From: Nitriliruptoraceae bacterium
GTDB lineage: Bacteria > Actinomycetota > Nitriliruptoria > Nitriliruptorales > Nitriliruptoraceae
Assembly: GCA_050486225.1 (NCBI GenBank)
Contig: JBJHCV010000002.1
Span: forward strand, 216,377-248,376
Direction of reading: 5' to 3'
Length of the DNA: 32,000 nt
The notes beneath the pieces were generated by a model. It worked only from the letters and a program-made list of their open reading frames with translations, did not search any database and was not told where the DNA came from. Position numbers and translations under genes: made by a program. Positions 9,903 through 18,753 of this stretch are shown here, in pieces. The first letter of the stretch is position 1. Each line of letters begins with the position of its first letter.

Positions 9903-10161
9903 CCCAGCGGGAGTTGCGCCGCAGGCCCGCGGCGCGCAGACGCCGAACGAGTTCGGCGGCCGTCACGGGCTGTGCGCCGTGCTGCAGGGCCCGTTCACGC
10001 ACATCCGCAGGAACGTCGTAGTGGTCACCCTGGAACCACTCCCGGCGCAGCCCGAGTTCGTCGGCGAAGCGGTGCAGTTCCTCGTGTGACTCGTCGCTCG
10101 CCAGGTGTGCCCACACACGGTCGCGCCAGGGCCAGATCGCTCGATCCACCAGGATGGCCAC
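9850..10161 (-). CDS. DUF4031 domain-containing protein
   Basis: VAILVDRAIWPWRDRVWAHLASDESHEELHRFADELGLRREWFQGDHYDVPADVRERALQHGAQPVTAAELV matches the DUF4031 pattern as I recall it. GTG start chosen inside the longer track ORF. Confidence 0.8.
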   Translation of the reverse strand: MAILVDRAIWPWRDRVWAHLASDESHEELHRFADELGLRREWFQGDHYDVPADVRERALQHGAQPVTAAELVRRLRAAGLRRNSRWVTASDPGSAGSRGPASA

Positions 10162-10166
10162 GACGG

Positions 10167-10919
10167 TCAGCCCCGCACCAGGTACAGCTGCCACTCGAGG
10201 GTGGCCTCGTCGGACGCGCTGATGACGCTGGACGCCGACGGGACGTGCACCTCGAGGTCCTCCAGCAGGATCACCGTCGAACCGGTGACGACGACCACGT
10301 CGCCGTCGACCATCACCGTCAGGTCGACGGGCACCTCGCGCGACGCCTCCCTCACGCGCAGCAGACCCGTCGCCGACACCTCGATCCCGGCCCCGGCTCC
10401 GGGCAGCGCCTGGAGGTCGAGCGGCTCCACCATCGTGAACTCGGCCGTCGCGCCGGGACCGAGCATCGACCGGACACGACCGTCACGCGTGCTGCGGTCG
10501 CTCTCCAGGCCGTCGAGTCGGGCCAGGACACGGACCTCTGTGACACGCAGGCCCTCGAGGTCGACGTGTCCCTCGACGTCGGGCGTGCGACCGACCGCGG
10601 TGGTGAAGCCGACGTTCACGAGTTCCTCGTCGACCCGGTAGCCGACGAACGTGCCGCTGCCTGCAGCGCGGTCGAACGGCTGCGAGGTGTCGACCACCCA
10701 ACGTCCCGACGGGTCGGTCTCCGTCGACGTCTCGGGCAGGTCGGGATCCTCGACCTCCACCTCGATCTGTGGTTCCTGCGGTCCGTCGGAGGCGGATCGC
10801 TGACCGTCGACCGGTTCGGGCACGTCGCCGTCGGACCACCACAGCAGGGCAACGGCCACGACCGCGACACCCGCGATCGCCACCAGGACCAGTGTTCGGA
10901 TCGTTGACGCACGGGCCAT
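10167..10919 (-). CDS. YceI family protein, membrane-anchored
   Basis: MARASTIRTLVLVAIAGVAVVAVALLWW (N-terminal TM), then GRWVVDTSQPFDRAAGSGTFVGYRVDEELVNVGFTTAVGRTPDVEGHVDLEGLRVTEVRVLARLDGLESDRSTRDGRVRSML. Confidence 0.87.
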   Translation of the reverse strand: MARASTIRTLVLVAIAGVAVVAVALLWWSDGDVPEPVDGQRSASDGPQEPQIEVEVEDPDLPETSTETDPSGRWVVDTSQPFDRAAGSGTFVGYRVDEELVNVGFTTAVGRTPDVEGHVDLEGLRVTEVRVLARLDGLESDRSTRDGRVRSMLGPGATAEFTMVEPLDLQALPGAGAGIEVSATGLLRVREASREVPVDLTVMVDGDVVVVTGSTVILLEDLEVHVPSASSVISASDEATLEWQLYLVRG

Positions 10920-11026
10920 GGGCGTGACTCCTCGACGTCCGAGCGACGGTACCCGCCCCTCCACCGGCCCTCGCGGGCCATCGGCGTCGCACGGGTAGCG
11001 TCGTACGTCGGCGAAGGGACCTGCAC

Positions 11027-11803
11027 ATGTGGCGGACGGTCGATCGGGTGGCGGTGGTCACCGGGGCGTCGAGCGGGATCGGTGAGGCGACGACGTTGCG
11101 GCTGGCGCGTGCCGGCATGCGGGTCGTCGCCGTGGCCCGACGACGCGACCGGCTCGACGCACTCGCGGCCCGGCACCCCTCGATCGTCCCCCACGTCGCC
11201 GACGTCACGGACACCGCGCAGGTCGACGCGCTCGCGGCACGCGTGGACGACGAGTTCGGGGCGTGTCATGCCCTGGTGAACAACGCCGGGGTGCCCGGCG
11301 GACGCTTCGACGGCCGCTCGGACCTCGACGACGCGCTGCGCACGCTCGACGTCAACGTGCACGGGATGGTGCGGTGCATGGCCGCGTTCGCGGACCTGCT
11401 CGAGCGCAGCGCACCCAGTCGCTGCGTCAACGTCGGATCCGTGGCTGGCAAGCTCGGAGTCGGGCCGGCGGCCTACGCCGCGAGCAAGTTCGCGATGGTG
11501 GGGTTCAGCGAGGCGACCGCCCTGTCCTGGGCCAGCCGGGGGGTGACCGTGTGCCAGCTCAACCCCGGGTTCGTCGTCACCGAGGGGTTCCCGCAGCGCC
11601 ACCTGCAGGGCACCGCAGCCGCGTTCCTCGTGCGGCAGCCGGATGACGTCGCACGGGCCATCCACCAGGTGCTGCTGTCGGGCGCGACCGAGCGCACCGT
11701 CCCGCGCTGGTACCGACCGGCCATCGTCGCCCGGCACGTCGTGCCCGGGCTGTATCACGCCGCCGTCCGCCGTTCTCGCCGTGCGGCTGGAGGACGGGAC
11801 TGA
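11027..11803 (+). CDS. SDR family NAD(P)-dependent oxidoreductase
   Basis: VAVVTGASSGIGEATTLRLARAGMRVVAVARR...HALVNNAGVPGG...CVNVGSVAGKLGVGPAAYAASKFAMVGFSEAT. TGxxxGIG, NNAG and YxxxK motifs. Confidence 0.93.
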   Translation: MWRTVDRVAVVTGASSGIGEATTLRLARAGMRVVAVARRRDRLDALAARHPSIVPHVADVTDTAQVDALAARVDDEFGACHALVNNAGVPGGRFDGRSDLDDALRTLDVNVHGMVRCMAAFADLLERSAPSRCVNVGSVAGKLGVGPAAYAASKFAMVGFSEATALSWASRGVTVCQLNPGFVVTEGFPQRHLQGTAAAFLVRQPDDVARAIHQVLLSGATERTVPRWYRPAIVARHVVPGLYHAAVRRSRRAAGGRD

Positions 11804-11826
11804 CCCGACGGTCTGGTGGTCAGTTC
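11797..11826. terminator. putative bidirectional hairpin between convergent SDR and acyltransferase genes
   Basis: ACTGACC (11799..11805) / GGTCAGT (11818..11824), 12-nt loop. Two more outer pairs are possible (one G-U). No U-tract. Confidence 0.45.
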
Positions 11827-13277
11827 GGCGCGGATGCCTCGGCGGAGTCCGGGGGCGTCACCTCGACGGGCTCGGCGACACCACCGGGTTCCGGCAGTCG
11901 ATCGGGCAGGTGCGGCCGGCGCAGGGCCCCGAGCGCACCCAGGCCGACGACGAACATCCCCAGCGGTCCCCACGGCACTCCGGTCACCGTCCCGGGCCGG
12001 TGCAGCCCGCCGAACACGAGGAGCCCCAGGCCGACCGTCGCGAGGGACACCCCCACGGCGGCCCGGATGGCCGACGGCCTCGACCGGGGCCTGCCCGCGT
12101 GTTCAAACCGCCCGAAGAGGGCCACGAGCCCCGCGAGCACGACCGCGCACGCGAGCCACCACAGGGGACGTGTCGCCCACCACGTCGCGTCGACCGTCTC
12201 CCGTGACGGCCAGATCCCGGTGGGCACCAGCGCCGTCGCGACGACGACCATGGCGGTCTGGTGCCACAGGTACACGGTCATCGTGAAGGCGCCGGTCATC
12301 GCGACCGTCGCCCACACACGAGGTCGCGTGAGCAGGCGTTCGCACGGGCGGCGGAGCGCGAGTGCGACACCGACCTGTCCCGTGGCAAGCGCGAGCAGCG
12401 CCACCGACGGTGGAGAGTTGTTCGACCGGGTCGCACCGTCGACGCCGACCATCGAGATCGGGTAGTCGAGCAACTGGGTCAGCACGACAAGTGCGCCGTA
12501 GCCGACGACCGCGACGCCCAGTGACCTCGCCGCAGTGCCGGGGAACCACCGGGCCGAGGCCCGCTCGTCGGCGGGATCCACCGAGGCGTCGACCGTCGAC
12601 GCCGCGACGCGATCGGCGTCGTGCCACAGGTATCCCGCCTGGTGGACCGCGCCCCAGACCCACAGGAAGTTGGACCAACCGACCAGCGGCACACCGCCCC
12701 GGTGGGCGACGTCCACCGCGACCGCGACCACGACCATCACGCCCAGGACTCCGACTCCGAACCGTTCGTGCAACCGGTACGTGAACGGCACGATCGTGCA
12801 CACGACCAGGTACGCGGCCAGGAACCACACCGGCACGATGGCGACCTGGCTGGCGAACTGGAGCATGGACCGCGGCACCCCGAGCACCGCGAGCACGCCG
12901 ACGAGGGGTGTCCACAGCACGACGAGTGGTACGACGGGCCGCAGCAGACGACGAGCCCGCCCCCGCACCCAGTCGGCCCAGCCCACGCCCTGTCGGCGCG
13001 CAGACCGGAACGCGGCCGCGTTGGCATAACCCCCGACGAAGAAGAACAGCGGCATGACCTGGAAGACCCAGGTCAACCAGTGTGTCCACTCCTGCAGGGT
13101 CAGCAGGTTGACCCCCTCGATCCGCCCCCCTCGAGCGGACACCACGGCGAGCAGCCAGTGGCCGAGCACCACGACGAGGATCGACGCAAGCCTCAGTGCG
13201 TCCGCGTACCGGTTGCGGCCCGCCGGCGTGAGTGCGTCGATCTGCTCCGCGGTGAGGCGCGGAGCCCCGTCACTCAC
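11820..13277 (-). CDS. acyltransferase family integral membrane protein (Acyl_transf_3-like)
   Basis: RNRYADALRLASILVVVLGHWLLAV...WVFQVMPLFFFVGGYANAAAF...VPVWFLAAYLVVCTIVPF...VYLWHQTAMVVV. Ten or so TM segments with the H and FFFVGG motifs. Start set at a GTG overlapping the upstream small ORF. Confidence 0.87.
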   Translation of the reverse strand: MSDGAPRLTAEQIDALTPAGRNRYADALRLASILVVVLGHWLLAVVSARGGRIEGVNLLTLQEWTHWLTWVFQVMPLFFFVGGYANAAAFRSARRQGVGWADWVRGRARRLLRPVVPLVVLWTPLVGVLAVLGVPRSMLQFASQVAIVPVWFLAAYLVVCTIVPFTYRLHERFGVGVLGVMVVVAVAVDVAHRGGVPLVGWSNFLWVWGAVHQAGYLWHDADRVAASTVDASVDPADERASARWFPGTAARSLGVAVVGYGALVVLTQLLDYPISMVGVDGATRSNNSPPSVALLALATGQVGVALALRRPCERLLTRPRVWATVAMTGAFTMTVYLWHQTAMVVVATALVPTGIWPSRETVDATWWATRPLWWLACAVVLAGLVALFGRFEHAGRPRSRPSAIRAAVGVSLATVGLGLLVFGGLHRPGTVTGVPWGPLGMFVVGLGALGALRRPHLPDRLPEPGGVAEPVEVTPPDSAEASAPN

Positions 13278-13407
13278 AGCACTTGCCGAGCCAACCGCAG
13301 GCGCGACACCGGGTGTGGGCGTGCTCGGCGAACAGCGGCGCGTCACAGACCGGGCAGGGCGACCCCGCCACCTGACCGACGTCACAACCTTCGACGGCGC
13401 CGGACAC
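13270..13407 (-). CDS. small zinc-ribbon protein (45 aa)
   Basis: MSGAVEGCDVGQVAGSPCPVCDAPLFAEHAHTRCRACGWLGKCCE*. Two CxxC knuckles, GTG start preceded by GAGGAGG at ideal spacing. It overlaps the acyltransferase start. In the track it appears only as the tail of shadow ORF 13270..15417. Confidence 0.75.
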   Translation of the reverse strand: MSGAVEGCDVGQVAGSPCPVCDAPLFAEHAHTRCRACGWLGKCCE

Positions 13408-13602
13408 GGCACCTCCTCGTGTCGGATCGCCGGAGTCTTGCAGGATCCGGGGACTCCGCCACGCACCTGCGACACGCGTGCACCGTGCGGGCGCACCACA
13501 CGCTGGCCGGGGACAGCCCTGTCGGCAACCACTACCTTGCGCCCGACCGACACGAACCGGCCGCGACGAGGGCGCCGTCACGCCGGCTGCAGGAGCCCGT
13601 CC

Positions 13603-15534
13603 ATGGTCTCGGACACCCCCGGCGACGTCGCGCGCATCGCCGAACTCGAGGAACGACTCGCGATGGCGGAACAGCGGTTCCGACTCGCAATGCAGCACGC
13701 GCCGTCCGGGATGGCGCTGCTCGACCTGGACTGCAACCTGCTCGCGGTCAACCAGACCCTGTGCGAGTTCCTGGGACGCACCGAGGCCGAACTGCTGACG
13801 ATGACCTCGCTCGACGTGACACACCCCGACGACGTCGCAGAGGACGTGGAGCACGGGAGACGCGTCATCGCGGGAGAACACCTGCGGCCGATCGAGAAGC
13901 GCTACGTCCGTCCTGACGGTTCCGTGGTGTGGGGACTCCTCGGTGTGTCGGTCGTCCACGACTCGTCGGGCACCCCCATCCAGATGATCGGTCAGGTGGT
14001 GGACGTCACGGATCGACACCGCGTCCAGGAGTCCCGGGACCACAGCGACTGGCTCGAGCACGCGGCCGAGTCGCTCGGTCGCATCGGAGGCTGGTCGATC
14101 GACCTCGACACCGGCGCGGTCGAGTGGGCCAGCCAGGTCTTCGAGGTCATGGATCACCGGGGCACCGACGAGCCCGACCTCGACACCATCCTCGGCCTGC
14201 TCGCGCCGCCGGACCGCACCCGGGTCCAGCAGGCGCTGCAGCGCTGTGGGGCCGACGGCACACCGTTCGACCTCGAGGTGGAGATCCGCAGTCTCACCGG
14301 ACGCCAGATGCACGGGCGAGTGATCGGACGGCGGCAGCACGACGCCCAGGGCCGTCCCACCCACGTCGTCGGCGCGTTCCAGGACATCACCGAGCAGCGG
14401 GCCGTCGAGGAACGAGCCTCCGACCTCGCCACCCGACTCACGACGACACTGGAGAGCATCACCGACGCCGTGTTCACCCTGGACCTCGAGTGGCGCTTCA
14501 CGTTCCTCAACGCACGCGCCGAACGCCTGCTGCAGCGCACGCGCGACGAACTGCTCGGACGCGTGGTGTGGGACGAGTTCCCCGAGGCGGTGCACACCGA
14601 GCTGTACGACGCCTACAACCGGGCCGTCGACGAACAGGTCACCGTCGACATCGACGCGATCCACTACGCCCCGCTCGACACCTGGTTCGAGGTGCACGCG
14701 TTCCCCTCCGAGCAGGGCGTCGCCGTCTACTTCCGGGATGCCGGGGAACGCATCGCACACCAACGGTCCCAGCAGGCCGTCATCGACGCCGAACGCGAGG
14801 TGTCCGCACGGCTGCGCAGCCTCGACCGGATGAAGAACTCGTTCCTGTCCGCGGTGTCCCACGAACTGCGCACGCCGCTGGCGATCGTGCAGGGCAACGC
14901 GGCGACCCTGCGCAGGCTGCGCGGGTCGCTGTCCGAGGACACCCGGGCCGAACTCGAGGACGCGCTCGCGGCGCACGCGACGCGACTCGACAACCTGCTC
15001 GCGGACCTGCTCGACGTCGACCGCCTCACCCGCGCCAGCGCCGAGGTGCTCGACGTTCCGTTCGACGCCGCTGCGCTCGCCCGCCGCGTGGTGGCCGACA
15101 ACCCGCACCGCGATCGCATCGTCGTCGACGCACCCGACTCGCTGCGGGTGGTGGCCGATCCGGTGCAGGTGGAGCGCATCCTCGTCAACCTCGTCGACAA
15201 CGCGACCAAGTACGCACCGGGCGGTACCGTGACCGTTCGGCTCAGGTCGATCGGAGACGGCGGTGCAGGCATCGAGGTCCACGACGAGGGGCCCGGCATC
15301 CCGCCCGAGGAACTCGCCCGGGTGTTCGAGCCGTTCTACCGATCCGACGACGGGGACGACGCCCGTCCCGGAACCGGGATCGGGCTGGCGCTCGTGTCCG
15401 AGTTCGCCGCGATGCACTCAGGTCGTGCCTGGGCGGAATCGGCCGACTCGGGAGGCGCCCACCTGTACGTCGACATCCCTCCGCCGGACGAACGTGCCGC
15501 GCTGGCGTCCCGGAGCGCCCGTGTGACGACCTGA
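13603..15534 (+). CDS. multi-PAS domain sensor histidine kinase
   Basis: Three PAS-like repeats (RFRLAMQHAPSGMALLDLDCNLLAVNQ; GRIGGWSIDLDTGAVEWASQ; TTLESITDAVFTLDLEWRFTFLN), H-box FLSAVSHELRTPLAIVQG, N-box ILVNLVDNATKYAPGG, G-boxes VHDEGPGIPPEE and GTGIGLALV. Confidence 0.94.
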   Translation: MVSDTPGDVARIAELEERLAMAEQRFRLAMQHAPSGMALLDLDCNLLAVNQTLCEFLGRTEAELLTMTSLDVTHPDDVAEDVEHGRRVIAGEHLRPIEKRYVRPDGSVVWGLLGVSVVHDSSGTPIQMIGQVVDVTDRHRVQESRDHSDWLEHAAESLGRIGGWSIDLDTGAVEWASQVFEVMDHRGTDEPDLDTILGLLAPPDRTRVQQALQRCGADGTPFDLEVEIRSLTGRQMHGRVIGRRQHDAQGRPTHVVGAFQDITEQRAVEERASDLATRLTTTLESITDAVFTLDLEWRFTFLNARAERLLQRTRDELLGRVVWDEFPEAVHTELYDAYNRAVDEQVTVDIDAIHYAPLDTWFEVHAFPSEQGVAVYFRDAGERIAHQRSQQAVIDAEREVSARLRSLDRMKNSFLSAVSHELRTPLAIVQGNAATLRRLRGSLSEDTRAELEDALAAHATRLDNLLADLLDVDRLTRASAEVLDVPFDAAALARRVVADNPHRDRIVVDAPDSLRVVADPVQVERILVNLVDNATKYAPGGTVTVRLRSIGDGGAGIEVHDEGPGIPPEELARVFEPFYRSDDGDDARPGTGIGLALVSEFAAMHSGRAWAESADSGGAHLYVDIPPPDERAALASRSARVTT

Positions 15535-15552
15535 CTCGGGGAGGTGGATCCG

Positions 15553-16068
15553 ATGCCCGCCCAGTCGCGCACCGCGCGTGTGCACGTGCTCGCGCTGGTC
15601 GGCTTCCTCGCCGCCAGCCTCGCCGCAGGCGGCATCGGTGCACTGCTTCAGGGACCGACGGCGCGGGTCACGGCTCGGTACGCCGCCTTCGAACTGCCGT
15701 CCTGGGCTCCGGACGGTTCGGTGTTCGGCATCGTGTGGCCCGTGCTGTACGTGCTCATCGCACTTGCGGCGTGGCAACTGTGGCGCAGCACCTCCGACCG
15801 GGGACGGCTGAGGACGGCACTGACCCTGTGGGCTGCACAACTGGTGCTCAACGCCGTGTGGCCGGGGGTGTTCTTCGGCATCCCGGCACCGGGCGCGGCG
15901 ATCGTGGTCATCGTCGTGCTCGACGTGACGGTCGCCCTGACCATCCGAGCCTTCTGGCGCCACGACCGCGTCGCCGCGCTGCTGCTCGCCCCCTACCTGG
16001 CGTGGATCCTGTTCGCGACGGCCCTGAACGTGGCCGTGTGGATGATGAACCCCGGATTCGGTGGCTGA
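15553..16068 (+). CDS. tspO: TspO/MBR family protein
   Basis: FLAASLAAGGIGALL...YAAFELPSWAPDGSVFGIVWPVLYVLIALAAWQLW...WAAQLVLNAVWPGVFFG...LAPYLAWILFATALNVAVWMMN. Hallmark TspO motifs (PxWxPPxxxFGxVWxxLY; NxxWxxxFF; PYxxWxxxxxxLNxxxWxxN). Confidence 0.93.
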   Translation: MPAQSRTARVHVLALVGFLAASLAAGGIGALLQGPTARVTARYAAFELPSWAPDGSVFGIVWPVLYVLIALAAWQLWRSTSDRGRLRTALTLWAAQLVLNAVWPGVFFGIPAPGAAIVVIVVLDVTVALTIRAFWRHDRVAALLLAPYLAWILFATALNVAVWMMNPGFGG

Positions 16069-16100
16069 ACGGACCCTGCCCGGTCGATCCCCCCGTTCAG
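16065..16100. terminator. putative bidirectional hairpin between convergent tspO and rlmA-like genes
   Basis: Perfect 8-bp inverted repeat CTGAACGG (16065..16072) / CCGTTCAG (16093..16100). No U-tract. Confidence 0.45.
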
Positions 16101-17032
16101 TGCCCTGCGGCCGCATCGGTCACGGCGGCGGACCGCGCCCGAGGCCGATACCACCGGCACACCCACGAGAACGTCACCGGGCGGGCCAGCGAGGTCGGTC
16201 CCAGGCGTGTCGAGATCTCGTCACGGGTGGCATGGACCCCGGCCGGGCCCATCGCGACGAGGTCGACGGCCACGTCGTGCGACACGGTCTGGATCACGTC
16301 CACGGCCTCGCGGCCCTGTGCCTCGAACATGCCGGAGAACTGCTCGTCGACCCGGGCGTCCTTGTCCGGATCGACGGTCACGAGGCCGACCGGCTCCGCG
16401 ACCTCGCGCAGGTGACCGGGGCCCGGGGTGACCACCACGAGGGTTCCCGTCGGGCGCAGCACGCGGTGGAACTCTGGCGGGTTACGCGGCGCGAACACGT
16501 CGAGCACGACGTCCACGGACCCGTCGGCGACCGGCCAGCGCTCCCACAGGTCGACCCGGATCGCCGCGACTGCCGGCCCGCGACGCGCCGCACGACGCAG
16601 GGCCGGTGCGGACAGGTCGAGCACCAGCCCGCCGACCGACGGCGACCGCGCCCAACCCTCGTCGCCGTCGTGTGGTTCGGGATCGAACGCATCTGCGAGC
16701 ACCGCCGCGAGCAGGTGTCCCGTGCCGCCACCGGCGTCGAGCGCGACCCGCACGGGTTCTCGCGACGTCGCCTGCCGCACGACCTCGGCGACCCGTCGCT
16801 CGAGGGATTCGAGGAGCCCGGCGTCCTCGACGCGCTCGCGTGCGGCCACCATCGCGGGCAGGTCACCCTCCACGCGTGGCGCACGCGCGAACAGGCTCAC
16901 GTACCCCTGACGGGCGACGTCGAAGGCGTGCCCCGCCGCGCAGCGCAGGGTGCGGTCGACCACGTCGAGGGACGCGCGGCAGTGGGGACACGCGAGCACG
17001 CGGACGAGGTGGTCTGCAGGCACGGACGGCAC
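16097..17032 (-). CDS. putative 23S rRNA (guanine-N1)-methyltransferase, RlmA-like
   Basis: LACPHCRASLDVVDRTLRCAAGHAFDVARQGYVSLF (RlmA zinc-binding head with FDxAxxGYVxLL), then a Rossmann methyltransferase with ALDAGGGTGHLLAAVL and VVLDVFAPRNPPEFHRVLRPTGTLVVVTPGPGHLREV. Confidence 0.88.
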   Translation of the reverse strand: MPSVPADHLVRVLACPHCRASLDVVDRTLRCAAGHAFDVARQGYVSLFARAPRVEGDLPAMVAARERVEDAGLLESLERRVAEVVRQATSREPVRVALDAGGGTGHLLAAVLADAFDPEPHDGDEGWARSPSVGGLVLDLSAPALRRAARRGPAVAAIRVDLWERWPVADGSVDVVLDVFAPRNPPEFHRVLRPTGTLVVVTPGPGHLREVAEPVGLVTVDPDKDARVDEQFSGMFEAQGREAVDVIQTVSHDVAVDLVAMGPAGVHATRDEISTRLGPTSLARPVTFSWVCRWYRPRARSAAVTDAAAGH

Positions 17033-17157
17033 GCCGACCTCCCGGGGTGCAGCGACGTGGGTGACGCAACCTTCGCACGGTCCGAGGCACCACGCACGTC
17101 GCATGCTCTGTCCGATTCCCGCGAGCGAACCTGCGTCGGAGCGGCAATGCTTGCCCC

Positions 17158-18753
17158 ATGCACACGACACCAGCCACCCCCGACTCCGGCTCGGCGACGC
17201 CCGTCGCCCGCCCGCGCGGCGGCTCTCCCCCCGCCTCCGGTCACGCGGGTGGCACCACGTCGACGACCGGGGCCGACGACGCCGGTCGGTTCGCGGCACT
17301 TCGCGCCCGGGACGCCCGGTTCGACGGGACGTTCTGGTTCGGGGTCACGACCACCGGGATCTACTGCCGTCCGAGCTGTCCGTCACGTGCCCCGCACCCA
17401 CGCAACGTCCGGTTCTTCGTCGACGCGGCCGCCGCCCAGCAGGCCGGGTTCCGTGCGTGCCGCAGGTGCCGACCCGACGCCGTGCCCGGCTCCCCCGACT
17501 GGGACACGCGCGCCGACGTGACGGGCCGTGCGATGCGGCTCATCGCCGACGGTGTCGTCGACCGCGAGGGCGTGGCGGGTCTGGCCCAGCGCGTCGGGTA
17601 CTCGCCCCGCCAGCTGCACCGCGTGCTGGTGTCCGACACCGGCGCCACGCCGCTCGCGCTCGCACGCGTCCGCCGCGTGCACCTGGCACGCACCCTGATC
17701 GAGACCACGGACCTCCCGTTCGCGCAGGTGGCGTTCGCCGCCGGGTTCTCGAGCATCCGCCAGTTCAACGCGACGATCGAGGACGTCGCGGCGTCGACAC
17801 CGACCCGGCTGCGTGCCGCGGCTCGCCGTCAGCCGGACACCGGCGCCACGCGTGCGCAGTCCCCCGTCGACCTGCACCTGCGTCTCGCCCATCGAGCACC
17901 GTTCGCCCGTGACGCGGCCTTCGGCGACCTTGCGCGGCACCTCGTGGCCGCGGTCGAGCAGTTCGCCGGTGGCACGTTCTGGCGCACCGTGCACCTGCCG
18001 AACGGTCCCGCCGTGGTCGGCCTGCGACCCGACGGCACCGCAGTCCACGCCCACCTGCGCCTGTCCTCTCCACGCGATCTGCCCGCCGCGATCCGTCGAT
18101 GCCGTCGTCTGCTCGACCTCGACGCTGATCCGGTGGCCATCGACGAGGCACTGACCGACGATCCCGCACTGCGCGACCTCGTTCGCCGCACCCCGGGCAT
18201 CCGGGTGGTGGGGAGTGTCGACGGCTTCGAGGCGGCTGTTCGCGTCGTGCTGTCGCAGCGCGTGAGCCTCGGTGCGGCTCGAACCGTCACCCACCGGTTC
18301 GTGGAGGCCCACGGCACACCGCTGCCGGACCGGCTGCGCGACGACCGGCAGGACGCACCCGGGGGCGGATCGGCACCACCGCGACTGTTCCCGACCGCGG
18401 AGCAGGTCGCCGCACTCGACCCGGCGGCGCTGGTCCTGCCCCGGCACCGGGCGCCGACCGTCCACGCGATCGCGACTGCGGTCGCCTCGGGAGACCTCGA
18501 CCTGTCGGACGGCGCGGATCGGGCCCGGACCAGGGCTCGGATCGCGCAGATCGACGGCGTCGGGCCGTGGACCGTGGAGCTGACCGCCATGCGCGCCCTG
18601 CGGGACCCCGACGCGTTCTGTTCGTCGGACCTCGTGCTGCGTCGTTCCGCTGCCGCCTGTCGCATCGCCGACCTCGAAGCACACTCGATGCGCTGGCGAC
18701 CTTGGCGCAGCCACGCCGCCGCCCACCTGTGGAACCTGGAGGCCGCCGCATGA
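17158..18753 (+). CDS. Ada-type Zn-binding/AraC-HTH plus AlkA DNA-3-methyladenine glycosylase fusion protein
   Basis: FDGTFWFGVTTTGIYCRPSCPSRAPHPRNVRFF...GFRACRRCRPD (Ada Zn domain), AraC-type HTH, AlkA_N-like region, HhH-GPD with RTRARIAQIDGVGPWTVELTAMRALRDPDAFCSSDLVL. Confidence 0.92.
   Translation: MHTTPATPDSGSATPVARPRGGSPPASGHAGGTTSTTGADDAGRFAALRARDARFDGTFWFGVTTTGIYCRPSCPSRAPHPRNVRFFVDAAAAQQAGFRACRRCRPDAVPGSPDWDTRADVTGRAMRLIADGVVDREGVAGLAQRVGYSPRQLHRVLVSDTGATPLALARVRRVHLARTLIETTDLPFAQVAFAAGFSSIRQFNATIEDVAASTPTRLRAAARRQPDTGATRAQSPVDLHLRLAHRAPFARDAAFGDLARHLVAAVEQFAGGTFWRTVHLPNGPAVVGLRPDGTAVHAHLRLSSPRDLPAAIRRCRRLLDLDADPVAIDEALTDDPALRDLVRRTPGIRVVGSVDGFEAAVRVVLSQRVSLGAARTVTHRFVEAHGTPLPDRLRDDRQDAPGGGSAPPRLFPTAEQVAALDPAALVLPRHRAPTVHAIATAVASGDLDLSDGADRARTRARIAQIDGVGPWTVELTAMRALRDPDAFCSSDLVLRRSAAACRIADLEAHSMRWRPWRSHAAAHLWNLEAAA

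Noticed and set aside
13270-15417. 715-aa minus-strand ORF antisense to the histidine kinase
   Set aside because: Shadow ORF in high-GC DNA. The plus strand encodes clear PAS/HisKA/HATPase motifs. Only the last 138 nt (zinc-ribbon ORF) look genuine.
13929-16415. 828-aa plus-strand ORF rich in R/G/P
   Set aside because: Off-frame shadow of the histidine kinase, tspO and the antisense methyltransferase. Low-complexity Arg/Gly/Pro composition and no domain motifs.
17158-18753. AraC-type HTH protein as a novel regulator
   Set aside because: It is the HTH segment of a recognisable Ada/AlkA fusion.
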